From the human T2T-CHM13v2.0 reference genome, Homo sapiens: a stretch of DNA of 64,000 bases. Made by a program: the position numbers and the translations under genes. This document shows, piece after piece, positions 1 to 22,758 of this stretch (its first letter is position 1; each line of letters starts with the position of its first letter). The notes beneath the pieces were generated by a model. The model searched no databases. It was not told where the DNA came from and saw only the letters and a program-made list of their open reading frames with translations. The stretch is from the NCBI RefSeq assembly GCF_009914755.1, contig NC_060927.1; one strand, given 5' to 3'.

Positions 1-1912
1 TGTTATCTGCAAGTAGAGTTTAACTCTTTCCTTTTCAATTTGTATGCCTTTTATTTATTTTTTTCCTACCTGCCTGACTGCCCTGGCTACAGCCGTCAGT
101 ACAGTTTGGAAAGTGGTGTAAGTAGACATTCTTTATTGTTTCTGATCTTTTTCTTTAGAGATGGGGTCTTGCTATGTTGCCCAGGCTGATCTTGAATTCT
201 TTGCCTCAAGTGATCTTTCCACTTCAGCCTCCCAAGGTGCTGGGATTGCAGCTGTGAGCCAGTGTGCCTGGCCCTGTGGTTTCTGAGTTTAGAGGGAAAG
301 GATTCGGTCTTGTAAAGTTGACTTTTTAAACTAGTGAGTTCCCACAGTGAATATAAGTAAACACTGGGTGGGGAAAGACAAGAGACTGTGTAGGATACCA
401 GAGTTGTGGGTGTTCTCTCTAGAGAGCAAAGACAGATCTGGTCACAGCTGGGGAAGGAATGAATAGTCAGTTAAGAGTATGGAAAAAAGAGCTCCAAAGT
501 GCTTGTTGTTGGTAATGTTTGTCCGCTCTTCAAGGAAGAAAGAAATGAATTTCTTGAAACTAAATACAATCTCTGAAAAACAGTGCTTTATGATGGGACA
601 AGTTGGTACTTTTAGGCTTTCCATGGCTTAGATGTAACATTTCCTCCAAACTCTCTACCCTCTTTCATCGTGGTTTCTTACCAAACTACTTTCTGCTACA
701 CCTTGTAGTATACTGTGGTACCAGTAGTAGGTTACCTTGAATAGAGGATGTCAGCACCTTGGATACTGGGAAAGAATGTTCTTCACTGAAAATTTAATTA
801 CTTGGTAGGCTGGTTTACATACTGAGTTATTTCTTAGAATTGATTCTCAAGGAGTGTTATGGTGACCTTTATGGGTCAGATGAACTCTGTTTAAAATGCC
901 TTCTTATGTGTCGTAACAAATAATGCTGTCTTTTAGATCTGTTAGAAAATAGCCATCTAGATTTCTCCTGATGATACTTCCTGCCTGCCTGCCTGCCTTC
1001 TTTCCTCCCTCCCTCCCAAAATTAAGATTACATGGGATAATGTGTGTGATATGCCTAGGAAAGTGTTTGAGATGAGAGCAGGCCTTCATCAGTTAGTTTC
1101 TTTCTATCAGCATTTGCCTCCTCTTTATAGTTTTTCTAGGTATAGCTTTAACTTGTCTTTCTTTGTTTCAAATATTTAATTAAAATATTGTTTTGCTTCC
1201 CTAGCCTGGGACAAATTTAGCATTTAATATTTACATAGCTGTAGGTGAAACGTGCTTTTTATCACTATGTTCTGTTGCAAGTAAATTTGTAGTGTATAGT
1301 GTGGCACAGGAAAATGGGAACTGGGAAAGTAAGGATTAAGTTTCAGGCAAATGGGGAAGAAAAGAGGTAAAAGAAAACAAGAAGTAAAAGAAGTGAATGA
1401 TTTTCTTCTCTACCTCGTCTTGTAAATAGCTTCAGATAATGAGCTTATTTGTTTGGTTTAAGGCTGGAGTGGCTTAGTAAGGATAGATATTTCTGTGAGT
1501 CAATCTGTAGTCAACATCCTACCCCAACTTGTTTTTATACCTATTTTTAAAAATCCTATCAGTGGACATCATCTTTCACTGCCTCTTTGGATTAAGCATG
1601 TCTCACAGAAAAATCCCATCATAGAGACTCCTTATCATCTAGTAACTCTTTATGCTAAAAAGAAAGGTAGGAAAGACTATCCAGAAGCAAATTACAGTTA
1701 ATTTGGTATATTTACTCTCTAGTAATATGTCAGATAAAAAGTCTTGGGCCATTTCTACAAACATCATTTCAGATGCCTTAAGGTAGTGTTTAACTGACAG
1801 TATTTTCTTTGGGGTATAGCCTAACTCCTTAGTTAATTTTCTGTCTTCCATTACTGTTCTCAAATCCATTATACACTCTGGCCTTTCCCCAGTTTCCTAG
1901 TATCCCTTAACG

Positions 1913-2261
1913 CAGGGGCCCCCAACCCCTGGGCCGCGGACTGGTACCAATCTGTGGCCTGTTAGGAACCGGGCCTCACTGTGGGAGGTGAGCAGTGAGC
2001 AAGCCAGTGCTACCACCTGAGCTCCGCCTCCTGTCAGATCAGCAGGGGTGTTAGATTCTTATAGGAATGCAAACCCTATTGTGAACTGTGTATGTGAGGG
2101 ATCTAGGTTGCATGCTCCTTATGAGAATCTAACTAATGACTGATGATCTGAGGTAGGGCAATTTCATCCTCAAACCCTCATCCCTGACCTGGCCCTGGGT
2201 CCATGGAAAAATGTCTTCCATGAAACTGGTCTCTGGTGCCAAAAAAGGTTGGGGACCTCTG
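1913..2261 (+). mobile_element. MER1B (hAT-Charlie MITE)
   Basis: Terminal inverted repeats caggggcccccaacc / ggttggggacctctg; 8-bp TSD ccttaa(c/a)g. Confidence 0.88.
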
Positions 2262-2286
2262 CCTTAAAGAGTTTACAGTCTACCTT

Positions 2287-2593
2287 TGATTTTTTTTTTT
2301 TTTTTTTTTTTTGAGATAGAGTCTCATTCTGTCATTCTGTCACCAGGCTGGAGTGTGAGCTATCTTGGCTCACTGCAACCTCCAACTCCCGGTTCAAGCT
2401 ATTCTCCTGCCTCAGCCTCCCGAGTAGCTGGGATTACAGGCGCCTGCCACCACGCCCAGCTAATTTTTGTATTTTTAGTAGAGACGGGGTTTCACCATGT
2501 TGGCCAGGATGGTCTCGATCTCTTGACCTCATGATCTGCCTGCCTTGGCCTCCCAAAGTGCTGGGATTACAGTCGTGAGCTACCGCGCCTGGC
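2287..2593 (-). mobile_element. AluS
   Basis: Dimeric Alu, TSD ctacctttg. Confidence 0.92.
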
Positions 2594-3229
2594 CTACCTT
2601 TGCTTTTGCATTGCAGTGCTTCACTTGCTTTGCATGAGGTAGTGCTAAAATAATAGTTAATTATCAGTTGGGAAAGAAGTGGGGATTGCTTTGGCATTAT
2701 TCATGGCCAGTTTTGTGTGCTTTAAGCTAGATTTTCTCCGCTGTCCATTTGCTCCCAGAGTGTGTTACTCCACCATCCAGCTGGTGTGTGCTATAGAATG
2801 TAAATTAATTTCATAATTGGCCCAAGCAAAACATAATTAAAAAGACAGATTTGCTCTAAGAGATCATCTTTGCAAAGCCAAACAAATTATTTTTTGAGTG
2901 AGCCACAATTTTTTTTCTTTTTTATTTGTATGGACAATGTAGAATTAATTTATTGGAATAGCTTCTCATTTAATGTAATAAAATTTTAAGATTAATTAGC
3001 AATGCAATAATGCTTCAAATGCAAACAATTTTGATATTGTCTTTTAACCAAGAAATAAGAAAAAGGGCATAAGTATGTATAGGATTGATGATATTTTTGT
3101 GGGTATCTAAAGTAGTATTAGCCGATAATAGGTCTACTTGGATTAAAACTATTTCTAAGGAAAAAGAAGCCCCTGAAGTGACTTTTTTATATGTCCTTTG
3201 ACCCTGTGACATAAAAAGAATGGACTTTT

Positions 3230-3449
3230 TTTTTTTTTTAAGTTCTGAGATACATGTGCAGAACATGCAGGCTTGTTGCATAGGTATACATGTGCCATGG
3301 TGGTTTGCTGTACCTATCAACCCGTCATCTAGGTTTTAAGCCCTGCATGCATCAGGTATTTGTCCTAATGCTCTCCCTCCCCTTCCCCCAATGCCTGGAC
3401 AGGCCTCAGTGTGTGATGTTCCCCTCCCTGTGCCCATGTGTTCACATTG
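3230..3449 (-). mobile_element. Short L1PA 3' end
   Basis: T-tail plus L1 3'UTR; TSD aagaatggactttt on both sides. Confidence 0.9.
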
Positions 3450-3640
3450 AAGAATGGACTTTTTATAAGCAGTTGTTGTGCAATGAATGCATAGGTATTA
3501 CAGCTTATGTAAATGTTAACTGAGATTCATAGTAGTCTTCCCATCTGATCTTATTATGATACCACAAAAATAGCACCAGTTAATTACATATATGATGGCA
3601 TGTATATAGCTTATGTTTTGATGGTTTGAAATAAACCCCA

Positions 3641-4024
3641 TATATATTAGTCCATTCACATACTGCTATAAAGATACTACCCGAGACCAGGTAATTTATA
3701 AAGGAAAGAGGTTCAGTAGACTCACAGTTCCACATGGCTGGGGAGGCCTTAGGAAACTTACAATCATGGTGGAAGGCAAAGGGGAAGCAAGCTTGGACCT
3801 TCTCACATGATGGTAGGTGAGAGAAGTATGAGGAGTGAAGGGGAGGAGCTTCTTATAAAACCATCAGATCTCCTGAAAACTCACTCATTATCACAAGACC
3901 CGCATGGGGGAAGCCACCCCCATGATCCAATCACCTTCTACCAGGTCTCTTCCTAGACATGTGGGGATTATGGGGATTACAATTCAAGATGAGATTTGGG
4001 TGGGAACACAGCCAAACTATATCA
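3641..4024 (+). mobile_element. MaLR solo LTR (THE1D/MSTA-like)
   Basis: Typical THE1/MST body ending cagccaaactatatca; 5-bp TSD cccca. Confidence 0.85.
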
Positions 4025-4189
4025 CCCCAGTACCTGCAATGCTTTTTCTTTTTTGTCTTTTCTTTTCTGCTTCATAGGGAAGGTTGTCAAATAGAAAATA
4101 TGATATTTCACTGGAAGCTTTCTTTGTAAGAAAGGTGTGTTAGGTAATTTAAAAACATTCTAGTGAAGAGATAAACTACTTAGCGACTA

Positions 4190-4750
<561 letters not shown>

Positions 4751-4921
4751 ACCCCTACTTATCGACTGTTAAGTGGAGGCAGTCATTAAATTACTTCCAT
4801 GTAGTGTAATGATCTACAATACTATAAATTCCTCCCTCCCGTACTTTGTGCTACCTTTGTTACAAATTTTACTTTACAAAATACCAAAAATATATGACAT
4901 TGGTACTATTTTTGCTTTAGA

Positions 4922-7500
<2,579 letters not shown>

Positions 7501-7844
7501 CCTTTTTATAAAATATACAATACATTGGTTTTTAGTATATTCAGAAGGTTGTGCAACCATCATCATCTAATTTCAGGACATTTTCATCTCCCAGGAAAGA
7601 AACTCTGTGCCCAATAGCAATCAATTCTTATTCCCTTCTCCAGAAAATAGATTAGTGAATCCATTTTCTGTGTCCATGTATTTGCCTATACTGGACATTT
7701 CATATAAATGGAATCATATAATATATACTCTTTTGTGTATGGCTTCTTTTACTTAGCATAGGATTTCAAGGTGCATCTGTGTTATAGCATGTATCAGTAT
7801 TTTATTCTTTTTCTAGACTAATAATATTCCACTGTATAGATAAG

Positions 7845-8409
7845 AATTCTGCTGAGGGGCAGAAGTAGGTTTAAGGCTGAGGGAGAGACCAAGGCAAGTT
7901 TTAGAACGGTAGTGAGAGTTTATTAAAAAGTTTTAGAGCACAAGTGAAAGGAAGCACAGTATACTTGGAAGAGGGCCAAGTGAGATCCAAATGCCCCATT
8001 CAGCCCTGGACTTGAGGTTTTATTTGCTGGCATGGTTCTGGGGTTTCTGTTTCCCCTCCCTTGATTTTTTACCTTGGGGTGGGCTGTCTGCATGTGCAGT
8101 GGCCTGCCAGCACTTGGGAGGGCCACATGCACAGTGTGTTTATGGAAGTTGTACACATGCTAATTTGGGGACGTTTTTCCCTTACCAATAGAGTGTTTCC
8201 AGAGGATGGTCATATACTGGTTAAACTCTGCCATTTTGCCTCATAATGTGCATGCTTGAGTCTGCTCGCCCAATTCCTGCGATCTTATTGGGAAGCTGCT
8301 GATTACCATCTCCAGGTGTTTTCTATGGTTGCCTGACATTCTGGGAGCGGGGAGCGGGGGCATGTAGGGGGGTTCTCCTGCCCTGCTTGTCTGTCTACCT
8401 ACTCTAACA
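7845..8409 (-). mobile_element. ERV1 LTR, MER50-like
   Basis: The - strand begins tgttagagtaggtagacagacaagcagggcaggag; poly(A) signal (tttatt on +) at ~7920. Confidence 0.65.
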
Positions 8410-8839
8410 GATATATCACATTTTGTTTATCAAAACATACATTTTTTTTGTTTTGATTAGTTCAAAACACACACTGTTTTGAACATGTGTGTACAGGTTT
8501 TTATGAGAGCATATGTTTTTAGTTCTCTTCAGCATATACCTAGGAGTGGAAATGCTAGATCATATAGTAATTATATGCTTAACTTTTTGAGTAACCAAGC
8601 TATTTTTCACAGGAGCTGCACCATTTTGCATTTTCACCAATAATGCATCCTCTCTTACACTTTTGTTGTCAGTCTTTTTGATTCTAGCACATGCAGACTG
8701 GTATCTTGTGGTTTTGATTAGCATTTCACCAATTACTAATGATGTGGAGCATTTTTTCATGTGCCTGTTGGCCATTTGTATATCTTCTTTGGGAGAAATA
8801 TCTATTCACATCCTTTCCCTATTTAAAAATTGTGTTATC

Positions 8840-10169
<1,330 letters not shown>

Positions 10170-10463
10170 TTAATTGGACATAAATTTGAAGGTTATCCCC
10201 CCCGCCCCAGAGTCTTAGTTCTTTTCCTTTGACATAATTCTATCCTTATGCCACTACCACACTATCTTCACAATTGTAATTTTATAGTAAGTTTTGAAAT
10301 TGAGAAGTGTGGATCCTTTATATTTTGTCCTCATTTTCAAGATTGTTTTGGATATTCTGGATCTCTGTATCTCTGTTTTTTTATTGTGCTTATATATTAC
10401 GACAGTAAAAAAAAGATATATAATTAAATTTATAGTTTTAACCATTTGTAAGTGTACAGTTCT

Positions 10464-10504
10464 GTCTATGGCCATACCACCCTGAACGCGCCGATCTCGT
10501 CTGA
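10464..10504 (+). pseudogene. 5S rRNA 5'-fragment retropseudogene (tailless, 41 nt)
   Basis: GTCTATGGCCATACCACCCTGAACGCGCCGATCTCGTCTGA corresponds to nt 1-42 of vertebrate 5S rRNA (1 substitution, 1 deleted C). Perfect 14-bp TSD AAGTGTACAGTTCT at 10450-10463 and 10505-10518. Confidence 0.93.
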
Positions 10505-11510
10505 AAGTGTACAGTTCTGCAGCATCAAGTACATACATACTGTTGTTAAATAACCATCTCCACCATCTATATCTAGAACTTTTTCATCTTCCTCAGCTTG
10601 AACTCTGTACCCATTAAAGACTGACTCTTCATTCCACACTTTCCCAGCCCCCGGCAACCAAAATTCTACTTTTTTCTTTATGAATTTGAGCACTCCGGGA
10701 ACAATGTATTACAGATACTCCTTCTCTTTTGATGAGGGTACATCCAAAAGCTTATTGTAAGATTGAAAAATCATGAATTGAACCATCATAAGTTGAGGAT
10801 CATCTGTAGTGGAATCATATAAAATTTTCCTTTTGTGACTAGCTTATTTTACTTAGTGTAGTACTTTCAAGGTTTTTCCATGTTGTAGCATGTCAAGATT
10901 TTGTTACTTTGTAAGGCTGAATAATATTCCATTGTAGGCACGTACCATATTTTATCTGTTCATCTATCAGTGGACACTTGGATTACTTTCACCTTTTCAC
11001 TATTGTATATAATCGTGCTAGAACACGGGTATACAAATATCTGTCCTTGTCCCCTGCCTTTGGATATATACGCAGAAGTGGAATGGCTGGATCATATAAT
11101 TCTGTTTAATATCAAATTAAAATTAAATTTGTTAAATGAAATTAGATATTTAATTAACTAAATTAAGTATTTAATTTAAATTCTTTTTAAATTAAAATAA
11201 TTATATTTGATTATTCTGTTTAATTTTTTTAGGAATTGCTATACTGTTTTCCACAGCGGCTGCACCATTTTACATCCCCACCAGCAATGCAAAAAGGTTC
11301 TAATTTCTCCACACCTTTAATATTTGTTCTTTTTTATTTTTTCGTAATAGCCATCCAAATGGGTATGAAGTGGCATCTCATTGTGCTTTGATTTGCATTT
11401 CCCTAATGATTAGGGATGTTGAACATCTTTTTATGTGCCTGTTGAGCATCTGTGTATCTTCTTTGCAAAAATGCCTACTCAAGTCTTTTGCCTATTTTAA
11501 GAATCAATTT

Positions 11511-13031
<1,521 letters not shown>

Positions 13032-13079
13032 ATGGATTCTTTATTAAAAAAAAATACACATAAGATCCTGTCTTCTTTA

Positions 13080-14528
13080 TTTTTTTATTTTTATATCATT
13101 TTTTAAAAATTTAGCTTTTACTTTTATTGTTTTTTAAAATAAACAAAGCTGCAATGTTTTCCTCTAAATTCCTTAGCATAATAAATAAAATTCCCTTTTG
13201 CAACACACATGGTACGTCATTTTATATTTCCTTAATAGTCTCATGAATATCTTTTCTCATTGAGATTCCACCTGTGTCCAGTAGAAGGAAAACTTAGCTG
13301 AAAGGAACATGAAATAGGCTGAAAAACAAAATTTCTAAATTGCTAGTAGCCTTAGAACACCTTAACACAATTTCGGAGATTCAGCTGCTTTGAAAGTGGG
13401 CTGCAGTCTGTGTGAGGGCAGTGCTACTTGAGGTTGATTCAGAATGTAGTCTTTAGGGCCCCAAGCTTAAAATGTGGGCCTAGATTCCACCTTTGGTGTC
13501 TTTATCCCTGGGAAGCCGTCAAAAGTGCTGGCCAGGTCCTCAGCAGCTAATTTCCCCAAGGGAAAAATTACCCTCTCAGTTGGATTCACTTTTCTGCACT
13601 TTAATCTTCTTTTGGATCTTCACCTGATAATTTTTCACCATTTTTCTGAGCTTTTTGGTGTCGTTAGGCTAATGGCTTTGATAAAATGTCCGTTCCCATC
13701 CCATTACTGGGTATATACCCACAGGATTATAAATCATGCTGCTATAAAGACACATGCACATGTATGTTTATTGTGGCACTATTCACAATAGCAAAGACTT
13801 GGAACCAACCAAATGTCCACAATGATAGACTGGATTAAGAAAATGTGGCACATATACAACACGGAATACTATGCTGCCATAAGAAAGGATGAGTTCATGT
13901 CCTTTGTAGGGACATGGATGAAGCTGGAAACCATCATTCTCAGCAAACTATCGCAAGGACAGAAAACCAAACACCGCATGTTCTCACTCATAGGTGGGAA
14001 TTGAACAATGAGAACACTTGGACACAGGAAGGGGAACATCACACACCGGGGCCTGTTGTGGGGTGGGGGCAGCGGGGAGGGATAGCATTAGGAGATATAC
14101 CTAATGTAAATGACAAGTTAATGGGTGCGGCATACCAACATGGCACATGTATATATATGTCACAAACCTGCATGTTGTGCATATGTACCCTAGAACTTAA
14201 AGTATAAAAAAAGAAAAAAAAAAGAATAGATAACCTTAAGGTAGGGAGGCTTTTTAAATTGGAAAGAAGCCCCAGCTAGAGGCTCAAAGACAATAAATAA
14301 AAAACCACAGAAGTCAGTAAAATTAGGTATATAATGTTAAAACCAACATTATTCACATTATGGTATGTAAATGACATTATATAATACTTAGTTTTGGTCA
14401 TCAATATGGTGGTCATTGTGCACGTCTGAAATTAAGAGAGATAGGAAATATATAAAGAGTTGAGAAATGGGGATGAATTCTACTTCTGGTAAGGTAGGGC
14501 TGTATACTTTTAACCAATATTCCTACTA
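13080..14528 (-). mobile_element. Twin-primed L1 3'-transduction insertion: T-rich tail, unique DNA, then inverted L1PA 3' end with its flank
   Basis: 18-bp TSD with 16/18 identity, aagatc(c/t)tgtc(t/a)tcttta, at 13062-13079 and 14529-14546. T-rich tail 13080-13095; AATAAA on the - strand at 13123-13128. The internal L1 has no TSD of its own. Confidence 0.7.
13696..14223 (+). mobile_element. L1PA (PA4/5-like) 3' end with A-tail
   Basis: ORF2 C-terminus (DWIKKMWHIY..YYAA) and 3'UTR ending tagaacttaaagtata followed by an A-run. Confidence 0.92.
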
Positions 14529-14921
14529 AAGATCTTGTCATCTTTAAATGGAAGTAGTTTTGTACCCTACTTTCTGATCCTGATCTTATAAAGCATTCAG
14601 TTTTTCTTTAGTAAGTGTGATGTTACCTGTGGGTTGAGGAAGTTATATTGTAGTCCTAATATTCTGAAGTTTTTTTTTTAATCATGAAAGGGCGTTAGAT
14701 TTTGTCAAATGTTATTTCTGCATCCAGAATAAATCCCGCTTCATCATGTGTAATCATCTTTATGTGTTATGGATTTTTTTCCTTGTGATATGTTTGTTTG
14801 GTTTTGGCATGAGAGTAAGTAATAATTGCCTTGGGAGTTGTTCCTTCCTTTTTTTATTTTTTTAAAAGTTTTTTTTGAAGGATTAGTGTTCTTTTTTAAG
14901 CATTTAGTAAAGTTCACCAGG

Positions 14922-15147
14922 ACAGATGCCCTTTGAATTACAGTGGGGTTATATCCTAATAAGTTCATCATAAGTGGAAAATATTGTAAGTTGAAAATCC
15001 ATTAAAAAATACCCTGATAAGCCCATTGTAAAGTCAAAAAGTTGTAAGTTCAGATGCTTTTCAACTTACAGTGGGGTTATATCTCAATAAACCATTGTAA
15101 AGTTGAAAATTATATTTCTAACCATTGTTAAGTCAGGGACCATCTGT
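14922..15147. mobile_element. Tigger4/MER46-like MITE (a shorter relative lies at ~10712-10806)
   Basis: cagatgccctttgaattac...gtcagggaccatctg with internal repeats of aacccattgtaa-like motifs. Confidence 0.65.
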
Positions 15148-15231
15148 CTGGTCTTGGACCTGTGAGAGGCATTGTGATTACTGCCTCAATCTCTTTTCAT
15201 ATTAGAGAGCAATTCAGATTTTTCTATTTCT

Positions 15232-17334
<2,103 letters not shown>

Positions 17335-18079
17335 TTTCTTAGAATTTATAAAGTATCTGACAGACACAGTAGGGAACAGAGCCAAACAGTCTATTAACTT
17401 GTAGATTTATTCTTCATGATATTCCTGCAAATAAAGTATAGGCCTGAAAATGGATCCATGATTTTAGGGAGAAAGCTCTACTCTCTTTCAGGCTGCCTGC
17501 TTTTCTAGCAGGTATAATTTATTTATTTTTCTTTCCTCCTGTTTTTATATTAATTAAAAAAATTAATTTTTAAAGTTTTATTTTTAATGGACACATAATT
17601 ATGCATGTTTATAGGGTACAGTGTGATGTTTTGATACATGTACACATTGTGTAATGATCAAATCAGGGCAGTTAGGTTTTCCATCACCTCAAGCACTTGT
17701 CATTTCTTCCTGGTGAGAACATTCAAAATCCTCTCTTCTAGCTATTTTGAAATATACAATACATTATTGTTAACTGTAGTCACCTTACTATGAAATAGAA
17801 CACCAGAATGTATTCCTCCTATCTAACTGCAACTTTGTTTGACCAAACCTCTAACCATTCCCCATCCCTTAACCACCCCCAGCCCCTGCCCCTGTCTCTG
17901 GTAACCGCGGTCCTATTCTCTACATCTGTGGGATCAACTTTTTAAAACTCCACATGAGTGAAATAATAAGGTATTTGTCCTTCTGTGCCTTGGCTTATTT
18001 CACTTAATGTCTTCTAGGTTCATCCATCTTGTCGCAAGTGACAGGATTTCATTCTGTTTTTATGGCTGAATAGTATTCT

Positions 18080-20562
<2,483 letters not shown>

Positions 20563-21483
20563 TAGTATTCTATTGTGTATATATACCACATTAAAAAATT
20601 CTTTCATCCATTAATGGACACTTATATTGATTCCATATCTTGGCTGTTGTGAATAGTGCTACATTAAACATGGGAGTGCAGATATCTCTGACATCCTGAT
20701 TTAATTTCCTTTGGATATATATGCAGTAGTGGGATTGTAGAATCATATGGTATTTATATTTTTTAAGTTTTGGAAGAACCTCCATCCCGTTGTCCTGAAT
20801 GGCTGTACTGATTTACGTTTCCACCAGCAGTGTATGAGAGTTTCCTTTCTCTTCACATTCTCAGGAACTTTTTTTTTGTCTTTTTGATAATTGCCATCCT
20901 AACTGGGATGAGGTAATAACTCATTGTGATTTTGATTTACATTTCTCTGATGATTAATGATGTTGAGCATTTTTTCATATACCTGTTCATCACATTTATG
21001 TCTTCTTTTGAGAAATCTTTATTAATTGGATTTTTTTTTTTTTTGCTACCGAGTTGAGTTCCTTATATTCTGGATATTAACATCCCTTGTCAGATGCATA
21101 GTTTGCAGATATTTTTTTCCCATTCTGTAGATTGTCTCTTCACTCTTCTTTACTGTGCAGAATCTTTTTAGTTTAATGTAATCCTTTTTTGTTAAACATT
21201 TCTGGTCTGTGCTTTTGCCAGACTGATGTTATGAATTGTTTCTCCTATGGTCTTTACTAGTAGCATTCAATAATATTCAATATCCCTTCATAATAAAAAC
21301 TCTAAACATGTTAGATATATTAATGGAAGGAATGTACTTCAGCACAATAAAGTCCATATATGACAAACCCATAGCTAACATCATACTGAATGGGGAAAAG
21401 CTAAAAGCTTTTCCTTTACAATATGGACCTAGATGAAGATGCCCACTTTGACCACTCCTGTTCAACACAGTACTAGAAGTCTT

Positions 21484-21828
<345 letters not shown>

Positions 21829-22695
21829 CTAAATTGGGAAGGAGAAAGTCAAATTGTCCCTCTTTGCAGGTGGCATGATCTTATATATTGAAAACTACAG
21901 ACTTCACCAAAAAACTATTAAAACTAAGAAATGAGAATTCAGTAAAGTTGCAGGCTACAAAATCAACATACAAAGCCTTTCCTCTAAGATCTGGAACAGG
22001 ACAAGGATGCCCACTTTCACCAGTTATTCAGCATAGTACTGGAAGTCCTAGATAGAGCAATCAGACAAGAGAAAGATATAAAGGGCATCCCTGTTGGAAA
22101 GGGAGAAGTCAAATTATCCATATTTGCAGATGATATTATCTTATATTTGGAAAAACCTGAAGACTCCAACAAAAAAACAATTAGAACTGATAAATTCGGT
22201 AAAGTTGCAGTATACAAAATCAACATACAAAAGTCAGTAGCATTTCTATATGCCAAGATTGAACAATCTTAGAAAGAAAAAAGTAATCTCAGTTACAATA
22301 GTTACACATAAAATTAAATAGTTAAGAATTAACCAAAAAAGTAAAAGATCTCCATAATGAAAACTATAAACACTGATGAAAGAAATTGAAGGGGACACAA
22401 AAAAAAAGAAAAAAAAATCCGTGTTCATTGATTGGAACAATCAGTATTTTTTAAATGTGCATTCTACCCAAAGAAATCTACAGATTCAAGGCACTGCCCA
22501 TCAAAACAGTGATGACATTCTTCACAAAAATAGAAAAAAAAATGTAAAATTTATACGGAACCAGGAAAGACCCAGAGTAGCCACAGCATTCCTAAGCAAA
22601 AAGAACAAAACTGGAGGAATCGCATTACCTGACTTCAGATTATGCTACATATAGACGCATAGACCAATGGAACAGAATAGAGAACCCAGAAACAA

Positions 22696-22758
22696 GGTTT
22701 GTCTAACCCTAACCCTAACCGTACCTTAACTGGCAGGTTAGGGTTAGAGTTAAGGTTA
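22696..22758. repeat. Short interstitial telomeric insertion: (CCCTAA)n-core-(TTAGGG)n inside an L1
   Basis: ggtttgtCTAACCCTAACCCTAACCgtaccttaactggcaGGTTAGGGTTAGagttaaggtta interrupts L1 ORF2 between ...aacccagaaacaa and acacagctacag... Confidence 0.85.

Noticed and set aside
13380-13690. Possible coding remnant on the - strand (AEDLASTFDGFPGIKTPKV.., PKDYILNQPQVAL..)
   Set aside because: Short, stop-interrupted frames that I do not recognise as any protein; needs a database search.
22696-22758. Chromosome end-to-end fusion scar
   Set aside because: Polarity is (CCCTAA)n then (TTAGGG)n, the reverse of a fusion, and the flanks are collinear halves of one L1.
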